From positions 65,472,001-65,536,000 of the forward strand of contig OX597830.1 of assembly GCA_951406725.2 (NCBI GenBank): 64,000 bases of DNA, in the 5' to 3' direction. Positions 24,847 to 37,335 of the stretch are shown piece after piece. The stretch's first letter is position 1; every line of letters begins with the position of its first letter. Source of the DNA: Octopus vulgaris. Its lineage: Eukaryota. The notes under the pieces are model-generated. The model searched no databases. It saw nothing but the letters and a program-made list of their open reading frames with translations, and was not told where the DNA came from. Position numbers and translations under genes: made by a program.

Positions 24847-25896
24847 ATTACAGGACCAAGGACAATCTTAGTTGGGTTGATAACAAAAGGGCAAATTGTC
24901 TGCAAATTCGTTTAGGAATTTTGGTCATTGTTTCTTGCTTGAAGAAGCTTGAGACATACCAATGTCAGTTGATTAATTCAAATGCAAGTACTTGAACAGT
25001 ACTTTACTTTATCAAACCCAAAAAGGATGAAAGGCAAAATTTACCTCTCTGAGATTTGAACTCAGAATGTAAAGCATTTTGTTTGACTCTGTAATGTTTT
25101 TTTTACCAATCCACTATCTTTAATTAACTAATTAACACTTTGAATTAATGAACACTTCCCAAATGTTTGTCTACCACCCAACCATATACTTATTGTATGT
25201 TTTTCTAGTTTCTGCTACAATAGCCTCTTTTTTTTCTTTCTCTAAAGTACAAACAACACTTTTTTTTTTAATTTCACCAACTCCTCTGAACCACCTGTAT
25301 CTTTCCCCTGTCTTTTCTACTATTGATACTGCAATAGCCTTCATTACTGACCCATTAACACTGTTTAGCTTGCCTTTGTCTCTTCTTTTACTACTATTAC
25401 CACCTACTACATTGTATTCATTCTAAAATAACTCAGTCCAAACACTGGCCCAAACTTCAGTCTGTGGTCTTCTGACACTTTTATTGATTACAAGGGCCTT
25501 AGCACTTTTGGTTATAACCCACCTTCTAACACTTATTCTCCTTCTACCCCCATCTACCATTGATTATTTAGGTATCTGCTTCTGTAAACTCTTTTGTTGA
25601 TACTAGACTGGACAGTGGAGAGAATATATGGCCAGACTGAAAGATTGCTTCCCCCCATACAATTTACTACTGCACATTTGAGTGTGCAGTATGGTCCTCA
25701 GCTAGGTGGAGGCATGCTGTATTCTGGAACATAAGATCTCAGTATCCTACCTAGTTATTTGATGGTGTATCTGCATGCCTGAGGTCAACTCAGAGCTAAC
25801 CTGAGGATATGAAACAACAACACCAGCTAATACTAGAAAGATATTAGTTCCTTTTCTAAGCTTAAAACTGTTTCACCACCATAAGATTTAGTAATG

Positions 25897-26238
25897 ACAA
25901 GCACTATGACCCGGCAACGCATGCATATATGTGTGCACATACATGTGAGTACTGTCCAAATCTCCGACCAATCACATACAGCTAGCTGGCACTCAATTGG
26001 CATATCAAGTTTCAGGTATTTTGATTGGGTTTTGGATAGAAAATTCACAAAAAAGTCACTTCTGTTGATTTTTTAATGGCTTTGCGGGGTGACTGGGGAA
26101 ATGTAAAGATGTGCACGACCACTTTTGGACGGTTTTGAATGACCATAGAAAGTGCGAGCCCTCTAACTGAAAAATTGTGGATTTGTATAAAGGACACGCA
26201 TACAGACAGACATTTTGCCGTTTATATATATAGAGAGA
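25897..26238 (-). mobile_element. Non-autonomous Helitron-like element
   Basis: Minus-strand 5' end TCTCTCTATATATATAAAACGGCAAAATGTCTGTCTG; 3' end gccgggtcatagtgcttgt (degenerate CTAG-T end). Confidence 0.6.
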
Positions 26239-26479
26239 CGATGCTAGCACGGTCAAATTGCATCAATGTGTAATCTTCCTAACACCAATCATAATGCTAT
26301 CTATATCAGGTCAGTGATCTGACCTGCAAAGGTCTGTTACTAGTAATTGCATAAGCCAATACAACCTTTTTATACTTGTGTTGACGAGAACTAAACTGGT
26401 AACCCCTCCAAGCTTATTTGGTAGGCAGGGAATGATTTCTGTATAACTGTGGGATGAAAAACAAAATCTGTTAAAAAGT

Positions 26480-27860
26480 GATGTCTAACAGACCTGTGGA
26501 ATTGCAGGAAACACAACACCCAGAATGAAGTAATAGGAATGCATGATGGACCTCACTTTGTATCACTGTAGACAAAGCAGTACTTGGTAAACCAACAAGG
26601 AAGGATCAAGTCTAGCTTAACTGAAAATATCCCTCTTATTTCTTATTTCTTTATTGCCCACAAGGGGCTAAACATAGAGGTGACAAACAAGGACAGACAA
26701 AGGGATTAAGTCGATGACATCGATCCTAGTGCATAACCATTACTTAATTTATCGACCCCGAAAGAATGAAAGGCAAAGTTGACCTTGGTGGAATTTGAAC
26801 TCTGAACGTGAAGACAGACGAAATACCGCTTAGCATTTCACCTGGCATGCTAACATTTCTGCCAGCTCGCAGCCTTGCAAATATCCCTCTCGCTTCACTG
26901 TTAGAGCCATGCAATTAAACTTACAAAAATGTTTTCAGGTTCCCACCACTTGATCAGCTGTGATTTCATGAAGGAATTCATCACAATAAACTGGTCAGAC
27001 CTGTTGCAAATGTTCAGGTAGTTTGGATATCTGGAAAAGGTCATGTCTATGGCTTTTTCTTTCATACTGGCTTCAGGGCTTAGCATATACAGGTGAAGTT
27101 CAACTCTGCTCATTTTAGTGCTGCACTTCAAAGATAAGACTAAGGTTGCGTATATGTTAGTGATAGAAATGTTATTTGCTGGTGATTGTGCCATTGTATT
27201 TTGTAATGCAGAGGTTATGCACAGTTTGATATATGCTTTGTCTGGTGCAACCACAAAGTGTGGTTTGAAAATTAACCTCAGAAGACTGAAATTGTTTATC
27301 ACCCAAGCCCTATCTTTGACCAGGTGGCACCATTTGAGTTCATTCTTATCAAAGAGCAAGAGCTGGTAAAGGTAAGCTAAGCCACTTAACCTATCCAGAC
27401 AATACATTCAATAATGCTGGTAGGCTCAGTAACAAACAAGGTCACAGAATGAACAAGGTCAGCTTTTCTATTTGGAAGGTTGAGAGAGTGACCAGAGAAC
27501 AACAAGCATTTGTCATCAATCCAAATGAAGTACAAAGTATTTAGCAATAGTATTAATCAGATGAGACAACTCATGAACATTAGTCGCAAAGACATAGCCG
27601 AGAATACCATCATCCCAGAGAAAACCATTTTTCCAAGGATGGAAGAGATATTGGTGCAATGAAAACTTTGCTGACTAAGCATGTCCAAAGAATGTAAGAA
27701 AATTGGTTACCTAAATAAATACTCATCTCACAGTTATCTTGTAGTACAAGAAATTTAAATAGACACCAATAGATGTGTAAGATATAGCGAAATGTAACAC
27801 AAAGAACTTGATAATTGCAGCTGGACCATAGCAGCTGAGTCTAGAAGAACAATTGACTTC
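26480..27860 (+). mobile_element. Highly decayed RTE-clade LINE ORF with nested SINE B (26637-26878, minus strand)
   Basis: KTKVAYMLVIEMLFAGDCAIV (RT LFADD), CGLKINLRR, HRMNKVSFS.GRLRE; SINE B TSD aaatatccctct at 26625-26636 and 26879-26890. Confidence 0.85.
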
Positions 27861-28841
27861 TGATGCTTGGACTCAAGCAATTTCATATTGTTACTCATCA
27901 TTGCCTATCAATGGCACGGTCTGCCTATAAAACAAGAACTGTTTACTAAAAGGAATCTCGGCTCCTCCAATCTTAACTCTTTTCACTACTGCTCCACTAT
28001 TAGGCATGATAATGGTGATGCTAGCAAGCTCAGACTTGCACATTTTTTTTTTGTACTCTTCCTGACACCAATCACACAATACAGAAATGGAAATAATACT
28101 TGTTTTTCCACTAGTGTTTCTCACACTTGAAAACAACAACAACTCTAACCTAACCTAACCTAACCCATTGACTGATTTTGAACTCGGTGCCCTTCACTTC
28201 AATAATCTCACTGCTTCGCTTCTTAACCACACTTCTTCTACCTCTTAAAAAAACGGATTTAGTCAGTCAGTAATTTCATTCTGTTTTTTTTTCCTTCCGT
28301 GATTTTTATTTTTATTTTAACAACTAGTTTTAAGCATTTCAAAAGACTAAAAATTACTTAAGCTGTATGACGATGCTGTAAAAATAGAACTTGATTATAA
28401 ACTGTGTTATAATGTACCAATCATGTAAAGTATAAACTAAAAGAGAATCAAACAAAAAAGAAAATGTGATTAAAAGAAAAAGAAAGGAAAAAGGCTTAAT
28501 TAATTAATAGGGAGGGAAAAAAAATCTTTAATTACCCAAGTAACTTAATTTCTGTCTAGTTCTCTAGTTTTATTTATAATGCTAATCTGGAGGTTTATGG
28601 AGAGAGAGAGACTGATTAGAGGTAGTTTTGTAGCTTGCTTTGCTCGAATGAATAACAAATTGATTAAACAATAATAACAACTACAACACTATCAGCAATA
28701 ACAACACTTTTATCTACTGCTGTCAACAAAACTTTTTACCACTACTGCCAATAATAACACTAACACAAGCCAAGCCAAAACAATGAGGAAACTTTGATGC
28801 AGTATTTTAGCCGGTTCCTTGAAGTAGCCAAATCTTTTCAA

Positions 28842-29302
28842 TCCTCTCTGGTCAATCTCTCATCAACTTCTTCAAGTATCACTTGAAAAGGAAAGTGAGA
28901 GTAGAGAGGCAAGTTTTGTCTAGCGAATGTTTCAAAAAAAGATGGGTAAAGATGGGTAGCAAGGATGGCAGGTATGAATGACGAAGCCACCTTGAGTTTG
29001 ATCCTATGAAACCGGAAAAATTTAAAACAGAGTTACTTGCAAATAAATGTGCTAACATGTGACATCATTGACCGAGGTTACCGTGGTCTTTTCTGTAGGC
29101 TTTTCTTTCCACGGATAAACCTCATCTGTTTCCCCCTTTACACTTTATATCAGGATATTTGTGTGGTACACAATCCCCATTGATCGTCTTTTTCTCTCTT
29201 TTTTTTCTTTCTTTTCTCTTTCTCTTTACGATCCCTTTTGATCGAAAACCTACCCCCCCTTTTTTTCTCCCCAGAAAGAAAAGCTCTACCTTGTAATATG
29301 AC
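28842..29302 (+). mobile_element. Probable Tx1/L1-clade LINE 3' fragment
   Basis: LSGQSLINFFKYHLKRKVRVERQVLSSECFKKRWV, frameshift, then VARMAGMNDEATLSLIL* followed by a T-rich 3' UTR; clade assignment is from memory of similar ORF2 C-termini. Confidence 0.55.
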
Positions 29303-29664
29303 CGTAATCTGAATGCTAAAGAGTTAAAGTGATCTAAGTTAAAATCTTCCTTCAAAATTTTTGTTAATTTATGTTCCAAACACTAGATTCAACATGGCAG
29401 CTATTTTACCAAATTCTTCATTATTTTCAAAATTTATTGAAAGAAATATGTATTTCAGCAGGAGTATGGTAACAAGAATTAAATTAGGGACCTCATGTCT
29501 TAATTTATGAGCTATGAACTCTATGATAAAGATGGTTGACCCCCAGCTTGAAGATTCTATGTGGTTATTTGAACTATTTGAAATAATGGTCAAAACTCCC
29601 TTTAATTCCACTCTATCGTTTTTTTGTTTTGTTTTTTTTGTTTTTTGAGAACTATTTGAATTTA

Positions 29665-29815
29665 TTTAGGTGTTCTGCAAGGTTCGGTCTTATTCTTGTA
29701 GGAATTATGTGGATAGCAGGTTACTACCTGTAACCTTAGGCATCCACAAGTTTTCAGCCGTCTTTCAAGTGCTTAGAACCATCCTGATGATCCTAGTTGT
29801 CCCTAAGACACAATC
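29665..29815 (-). mobile_element. R4/Dong-like LINE extreme 3' fragment (second family)
   Basis: Minus strand CVLGTTRIIRMVLST*, compare the typical LLGTARILRKVL* end of R4/Dong ORFs; abuts (TAA)n. Confidence 0.6.
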
Positions 29816-29816
<1 letters not shown>

Positions 29817-29910
<94 letters not shown>

Positions 29911-29922
29911 TATTATTATTAC

Positions 29923-29974
<52 letters not shown>

Positions 29975-30210
29975 TAGTTTTATTTTTATAGCGTGCTTTC
30001 ACTTCACTACCGAGTGCAGCTCTGTGTGCCTTGGGTATGTGCTGTGATTTGTTGTGATGCTCTGATGGTTATTGTATGGAAAGTGTTCTGCGTAGGATGT
30101 GTGCAGTGCCTAGTAGTGCAATTTTCTGTATGTTATATGTGTTTGTAAGTCCTGGTGTTTTTGTTATGTATTTGTCTGTTATGTATTATTATTATTATTA
30201 TTATTATTAC

Positions 30211-30251
<41 letters not shown>
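29817..30251 (-). mobile_element. R4/Dong-like 3' fragment (29971-30178) embedded between two (TTA)n arrays
   Basis: Minus strand DKYITKTPGLTNTYNIQKIALLGTAHILRRTLSIQ* plus 3' UTR; (TTA)n at 29817-29970 and 30185-30251. Confidence 0.85.
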
Positions 30252-30252
<1 letters not shown>

Positions 30253-31567
30253 GATGGCAGTGGGCTGGCTGAATTGTTAGCCTGCCAAAGAAAATGCTTA
30301 GCAACATTTCTTCTGACTTAACATTCAGGGTTCAAATTCTGCCCAGGTCAACTTTGCTTTTCATCTTTTTGGGGTCAATAAAATAAGTACCATTTGAGCC
30401 CTGGGGTCAATGTAATCAACTAGCCCCCCCCCCCCCAATTTCAGGCCTTGTTATTTTGCTTTATTTGTTGTCTGGATATCAATGATTGTGGAATTGATCT
30501 GAGGTAATAGTCAATCAATAAGGATACTTATAAATAGTTATTTGAACTGTTCAATATAATAGCCAAAATCTACTGCAATGAACTCTTTGACCATCTTTGA
30601 AATTTTGTGTGTGTGTATGATGATGATGGTGGTGGTGATGGCGGGCAGTGGTGATGGTGGAGGTGGTGGTGGTGGATGTATTTTAACTGAAAAAATTTTT
30701 GGTGGTCAGTATGTCTACAATTCAGATGATCAGAAACAAATAGAATTAGGCTTAGCTGATGAAGATCAAGTTAGACCAACATACTGGTATCTTTTGTTTA
30801 TTATTTTTTTTTTATGCTTGATGCTTAACTTGACTGATATAGTAATAAATTTTTAAATTGATTTAAAATTACATATTTATCTCCCCTAACTTTCTTGACC
30901 AGAATTAATCTGGATTTGTAGGTTTCTTTTTTTTTTTTGTCTTTTCTTTCCTGAATATAGGTGTAATAATAATTAATCTTTTTGGCTTGGTTCGCATTAA
31001 GTTAACACGTTCTAATTTAAATCAACAATGGTCTAATTATATTAGCACCAATTTTCCCTCTTATTTTGGGTAGCCAACATGCACAGAAATCTTATTTTGT
31101 GCAAATTTACTATTCTATGACAAAGTACATATGCACTGAACACATAAGTATAATTAGTAATTACTGAATGTGTAATACGTAATAATTATTAATTAGTACC
31201 TGATTTTAGGTAACTAGCTTTTTGTGTGCACATTAATTTCTTGTGCGCATATTCATTTCTTTTATGTACTGGTTGCAAAATGTGTATGTGTCTGTATGCA
31301 CAGTTCATAGGTAAAAACAGTTAGCACCAACTTAACTATTTGTTTTTGGTCCAGAAAGCATCCCTATGTAAAGCTTCTTCTCCTCCAGTTTTTCTGTTAT
31401 TAATAGTAGAAAGGTGGCGGATAGGCAGAACCATTAGAAAGTTGGACTAAATATTATGGCAGTATCTGTTCTGACTCTTTACACCCTGAGTTGAAAGCCC
31501 ATCAAGCTCAGCTTAACCTTTCTTTCCTCTGGAGTTGACTTGATAAAACAAAACTGTCATTCTAAAA

Positions 31568-32519
31568 CAGGGGTTGCCAAACTTTTTCAACCATCAACCT
31601 CCCTTTAGCCATTTCTCCTTCCGTATCGACCCCCTCTAGCCATTCCCCATTCTGCATCAACCACCCTCCTCATTTAAAGTATCTTAATACCCTACCCTAC
31701 CGTACCATATCTTAAATGCATACTGGGTACTGATGCTGGCAATTAAAATGTTAGCTAAAATATACATGTGCGACAAATTAAGAAATTCTATTGAAGATGA
31801 CAGGCTTTTTACATTTAAAACTTTACTCTTTACTCTCTCTTTTACTTGTTTCAGTCATTTGGCTGGAGCACCACCTTTAGTCGAGCAAATCGACCCCAGA
31901 ACTTATTCTTTGTAAGCCTAGTACTTATTCTATCGGTATCTTTTGCTGAACCACTAAGTTATGGGGACATAAACACACCCAGCATCGGTTGTCAAGTGAT
32001 GTTGGTGGGGGGAGGGACAAACACAGACGCACAAACATATACACACATGTACATGTATATATATACATATATATACAATGGGTTTCTTTCAGTTTACGTC
32101 TACCAAATCCACTCACAAGGCTTTGGTTGGCCCGAGGCTATAGTAGAAGACACTTTCCCAAGGTGCCATGCAGTGGGACTGAACCCCCAACCATGTGATT
32201 GGTAAGCAAGCTACTTACCACACAGCCACTCCTACGCCTATATACAAGTATACATTATTAAACTTTAAATTTTTATGAAATTGTTTTCACGGTTAGAAAA
32301 TGTGAAAAACACATCATATTGCTGGAATATCTTTTACTGAAATTGACAACATCATTGTGAGGGATGGTCATGTCGCTAACTAAGTATTTGAAGCAGTTCA
32401 TCTGAGTGAGATGGTCTTTTGTACATCGACCCCCATTCGACCCTTTGGATATTACTGACCCCTGTAATTCTTCACCATCCCCTAGGGAGGGACCCTCAGA
32501 CCCCCTTTGGTGACCCCTG
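31568..32519. mobile_element. hAT MITE with nested SINE A (31823-32242, minus strand)
   Basis: TIRs caggggttgccaaa / tttggtgacccctg; 8-bp TSD ttctaaaa/gtctaaaa. Confidence 0.85.
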
Positions 32520-33544
32520 GTCTAAAACTAGCATTTATAGTATCAACTAACCCCATTTCTCAAAAATTGCTGGCCTTGTGACTAAATCAGAAACAAAAGG
32601 TGAAGAGCTGCCTACTAGCAAAATTGTTGGGAGGTGGATGTGCATGGCAAGCATGGTCTGAGTAAACAGGCCTACTCTGATTTTGTGCCCTTCCAAATGA
32701 GAGGGACAAATAGGAAAGGATTCTTGCTTTAGTGTTCAAGGCGACCATGGTTTTTGTGGGGTTTCCATGAATAGCCTTTGGAAGTCCTCCTCACCTTTGG
32801 GAAATTTTTGTGTTTTGAGTTTTTTTTGGTTTTTTTGTTATATCTCTAAATGTTTTGTGTCTAACTCCACTCTATCATCTTGGACTATCTGCAACCTCTT
32901 TGTCTGCCCTTTATGGCAGTGAGCTGGGAAAGTTGCTGGAGCATCATCAACATGCCTTGTAATATTTCAGCTCTCTAATCTGTGCACTTCATTCAAAGTT
33001 CACCAAGGTTAGATTTACCTTTCATCCTTTATGGGGTTGATAACATAATGCATCAGTTAAGTACTAGGGTCAATATAATCAACAACATCTTCCTCCTATA
33101 CCTGATGGCTCTGTGCCAAAATTTGAAGCAAAGATGGTAAACTGGCAAATAGAAACACAGGGGATGTGCTGGACAAAATGTTGTGAGGCATTTTGTCTGT
33201 CTTTAAATTCTAAGTTCAAACTTCACCAAAGTCACCTTTGCCTTTCATCATTGTGGGGGTTGATAAAATAGGTAGCAGTCAATCACTATTATCATATACA
33301 CTTTATGTAGTTGTTTGATCAGCTAGAAATAGCAGACGAATATGTCTCCGATCATATTCTTTAAAAAAATGAAGAAAGAAGGATATTTTAGATAATGTAG
33401 CCTAATTATAAATGGTCTGAAAAGACATGATGGTCATGGCTGGAATGCCTTTGAGCAGAGGTTAGAACGATTGCTGACCTGGGTTTAAGCAGTAATAAAA
33501 CTACGATGACCATAGCCCTCACATTTATGGCCCCAACTACATGT

Positions 33545-34549
33545 ATCACCATGACCACTATCACAATCACAACCACCACCACCACCACCACCAATACCAC
33601 TATCATCTCTTCACCACCACTATCACCACAACGGATACCTTATCACCACTGCCACTTTCACGACCAGCACTACCACCACCACCACCACAATCAGCACAAC
33701 TAACACCACTATCACCCCTTCACCACCACTATCACCACACGACACCTTGTCACCACTATCACCACAACCAATACAACAATAATCCACACCATTATCAGCA
33801 AATCACTATCAACTACATCACCACCACCACCACCATCACTACTATCACCATCACCACTGTTCTCAACACTTCTACTACTACCAACACCACTACCACTGAT
33901 ACTACCACCACCACCACCACCACCACTACCACAGTGACATTAACAACAATCTATATTATTCATTGTTCTCTAATTTAATTAATATCTTGCAGTACTTCAA
34001 ATACCAAACAAGCAATAGTGCTATTGTTGTTGTTGTGGTGGTGGTGGTGGTGGTGGTGGTGGTGGTGGGGATGGTGGTGGTGGTGGTGGGGATGGTGGTG
34101 GTGGTGGTTGTATTGATGATGGGGTGGTGATGATGGGTGATGGTGGTGGTGATGGTGGTATTGACGATGGGGTGGTGGTAGCGGTGGTAATGATGATGGG
34201 GTGGTGATGATGGTTGTGGTGGTGGTGGTGGTGGTGGGTGGTGGTGGGGATGGTGGTGGTGGTGGTGGGGATGGTGGTGGTGGTGGTTGTATTGATGATG
34301 GGGTGGTGATGATGGGTGATGGTGGTGGTGATGGTGGTATTGACGATGGGGTGGTGGTAGCGGTGGTAATGATGATGGGGTGGTGAGGATGGTTGTGGTG
34401 GTGGTGGTGGTGGTAGTGGTGGTGATAATGGTTATGGTGGTGGTGGTGGTGATAATGATGATGGGGTGGTGATGGTGATGGTTGCAATGATTGTGGTGGT
34501 GGTTGCTTCCTGACTTCTCATGATGTAGCTGGCTCTACTGCTGTTACCG

Positions 34550-34580
<31 letters not shown>

Positions 34581-34600
34581 CACTACTACTACTACTATAA
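33545..34600. repeat. (CCA)-rich tract (33545-33932), (TGG)-rich tract (34025-34503) and (CTA)n
   Basis: Directly visible; the TGG tract contains an internal ~180-bp duplication. Confidence 0.95.
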
Positions 34601-34908
34601 GCTGGCAAACAAGGTGCAAATGATATACAAACTTCACAGTTGATAGTTGTTACAAAGCCTTGTAATCTTATTTGTAGCATCTAATCAGATTGCCACACTT
34701 TAATGAATGTTAATTGATTTCCTGTTGTATGTTAATTTTATTTGGGCTAATATAGCCACTTAATGGTAGTGTTTGTTGTTGTTTGTGTAATAAGGGAGGG
34801 TAAGATGATGAAAACATTACAGGAGTGGCCGACTCAATAGGGTGGAGCCGAATAGTCAGGCAGATATAAGTGAAATAAAGACTAGCAAGGGAATAAATTG
34901 ACTGTGTT

Positions 34909-34950
<42 letters not shown>

Positions 34951-34982
34951 TCTGTTTGTGTTTTGATATGTGTGCTCATATA

Positions 34983-35714
34983 TCACCATCATCATCGTCA
35001 TTTAGCGTCCGCTTTCCATGCTAGCATGGGTTGGACGGTTCAACTGTGGTCCAGGAAGCCAGAAGGCTGCACCAGGCCCAGTCTGATCTGGCAGTGTTTC
35101 TACGGCTGGATGCCCTTCCTAACGCCAACCACTCCGTGAGTGTAGTGGGTGATTTTTACGTGGTATATATATATATATATATAGGTATCTTTATCATCAT
35201 CATCTTCGTTTAACGTCCGCTTTCCATGCTAGCATGGGTTAGACAATTTGACTGAGGACTGGGGAACCAGATGGCTTCACCAGGCTCCAATCTTGATCTG
35301 GCAGAGTTTCTACAGCAGCTAACTGGCTTCTGTGCCGGTGGCACATAAAAAGCACCATTCTAGCGTGATCGTTACCAGTGTCGTCTCACTGACACTTGTG
35401 TCAGTGGCACATGAAAAAACATTTGATTGAGGTCGTTGCCAGTGCCACTGGACTGGCTCCCATGCAGGTGGCACGTAAAAAACACCATTTGAGTGTGGCC
35501 ATTGCCAGTACTGCCTGACTGGCCCTCGTGCCAGTGGCACGTAAAAGCACCCACTACACTCTTTGAGTGGTTGGCGTTAGGAAGGGCATCCAGCTGTAGA
35601 AACTCTGCCAGATCAGATTGGAGTCTGGTTCACCAGACCTCAGTCAAATTGTCCAACCCATGCTAGCATGGAAAGCAGACGTTAAACGATGATGATGATG
35701 ATGATGATGATGAT
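34983..35714. mobile_element. Cluster of repeat C: minus 34983-35160, minus 35195-35317, plus 35320-35714
   Basis: (CAT)n and (GAT)n ends with conserved bodies. Confidence 0.9.
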
Positions 35715-36407
35715 GTAGGTATGTCATTATTCAGTTTTATTTCAAGATTTCTTCCCAATAGAGAAAGAACCAGTTTCTAAACTAGATCCAAGGCTCCTTC
35801 ATTGGAATTTCAACATCAACAAGATTTTGTTTGTATGTATGTATGTATGTATGTATGTATGTATGTATGTATATAGGTAGGTGTGTATGTATCATTCTAA
35901 GTATATGTAGATATGTGTTAATGTATATGTATATATATGCATCAAGCCTAATTGTGTTTATCTGCATCACTGCCTATATATACATGCATGCATACATAGC
36001 TGCAAGCCTGTCTGTGTTGATAAGTAGTTCACTTTGCAATGATGTGGTTTCTGGTTCAGTTTCGTCTCTATATTTGGCACCTTGTGCAAGTGTCTTTTAC
36101 TATAGCCCCAGGCAAGCCAATGCTTGTGAGTGAAATTGGCAGCTGGAAACTGTATGGAAGCCTATCACACATGCACACACACACGTGCACATGTATCATC
36201 ATCATTTAACATCTGTCTTTCCATGTTGGCATGAGTTGGATGGTTTGACAGGAACTAGCAAATCAGAAGGCTGCACCAAGCTCTACTGCCTGCTTTGGTA
36301 TGATGTCTATGGCTGGATGCCATTCCTAACACCAACCATGTTACAGAGAGTATATATTTATAAAATACTCTGTGGTTAAGGAGCCAACTTCTCAACCACA
36401 TGGTTTC

Positions 36408-36525
36408 AGCCTAGTACTTATTCTATTATTCTCTTTTGCCGAACCCCTAAGTTATGTGGATGTAAACATACCAGCATCGATTGTCAAGCGATGTTGGGGA
36501 GACAAACACAGACACACAAACATAT

Positions 36526-36590
<65 letters not shown>

Positions 36591-37335
36591 TATATATACA
36601 TATATAAGACGGGCTTCTTTTCAGTTTCTGTCTACCAAATTCACTCACAAGGCTTTGGTCAGCCCAAGGCTATAGCAGAAGACACTTGCCCAAGGTGCCA
36701 CGCAGTGGGACTGAACCTGGAACCATGTGGTGTGTAAGCAAGCTACTTACTACACAGCCACTCTTACGCCTATATCTTCACATTCTGAGCTCAAATCCCA
36801 CCAAGGTCAACTTTACCTTCCATCCTATCAGGGTTGATAAATACAAAATACCAGCCAAACAAACAATCGATTTAATTGACTAGTACCCTGCCCCCTCAAC
36901 CACCAAATTTTAGATTTTGTGTCTATCTTGTAAACAAATGTTAAGTGCTGAGGGTTCATCTGGTTCTTTACATTCTGAATTGAAATAACATTGAGGTTAA
37001 CTTTGCTTTCCATTTCTTTCAGAATCAATAAAATAAAATACCAATCAAGTATTGTAATTGACCTACTCTTTTCCTCTAAAACAACTGGCTTTGAGCCAAA
37101 ATTTGAAACAATTGCAGCGAGCTAGTAGATTCATTAGCATGTTGGACAAAATGCTTAGCCAATTTCTTTTGAACCCTTTACCTTCTGATTTCAAATACTG
37201 CCAAGGTCAGCTTTGCTTTTCATCTTTTCTGGGTCAGTGAAATTAAGTAACAGCCAAGTACTGGTGTTAATGTAATCGTTTTGCCCCTCCTCTCAAAACT
37301 GCTGGCCTTGTGTGCCAAAACTAGAAAGAATTATT
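36408..37335. mobile_element. SINE A (36408-36772, minus strand) followed by three degenerate SINE B copies (plus strand)
   Basis: Repeated ggtcaactttgcctttcatc...gataaa...tacc motif. Confidence 0.75.

Noticed and set aside
27891-28142. VLCDWCQEEY.KKCASL, a PHD-finger-like peptide on the minus strand
   Set aside because: Requires a frameshift and is incomplete; at most a LINE ORF1 relic and not supportable
28952-28971. ATG...CAG|GTATGA mini-exon in phase with the fry exon (MGSKDGR)
   Set aside because: Lies inside a probable Tx1/L1 fragment at a 10-bp duplication; the phase match is easily chance
30755-30795. CTGATGA followed by a possible stem II and atac/gtat-c
   Set aside because: The GAAA core is replaced by AACA and stem I is absent; too degenerate to call
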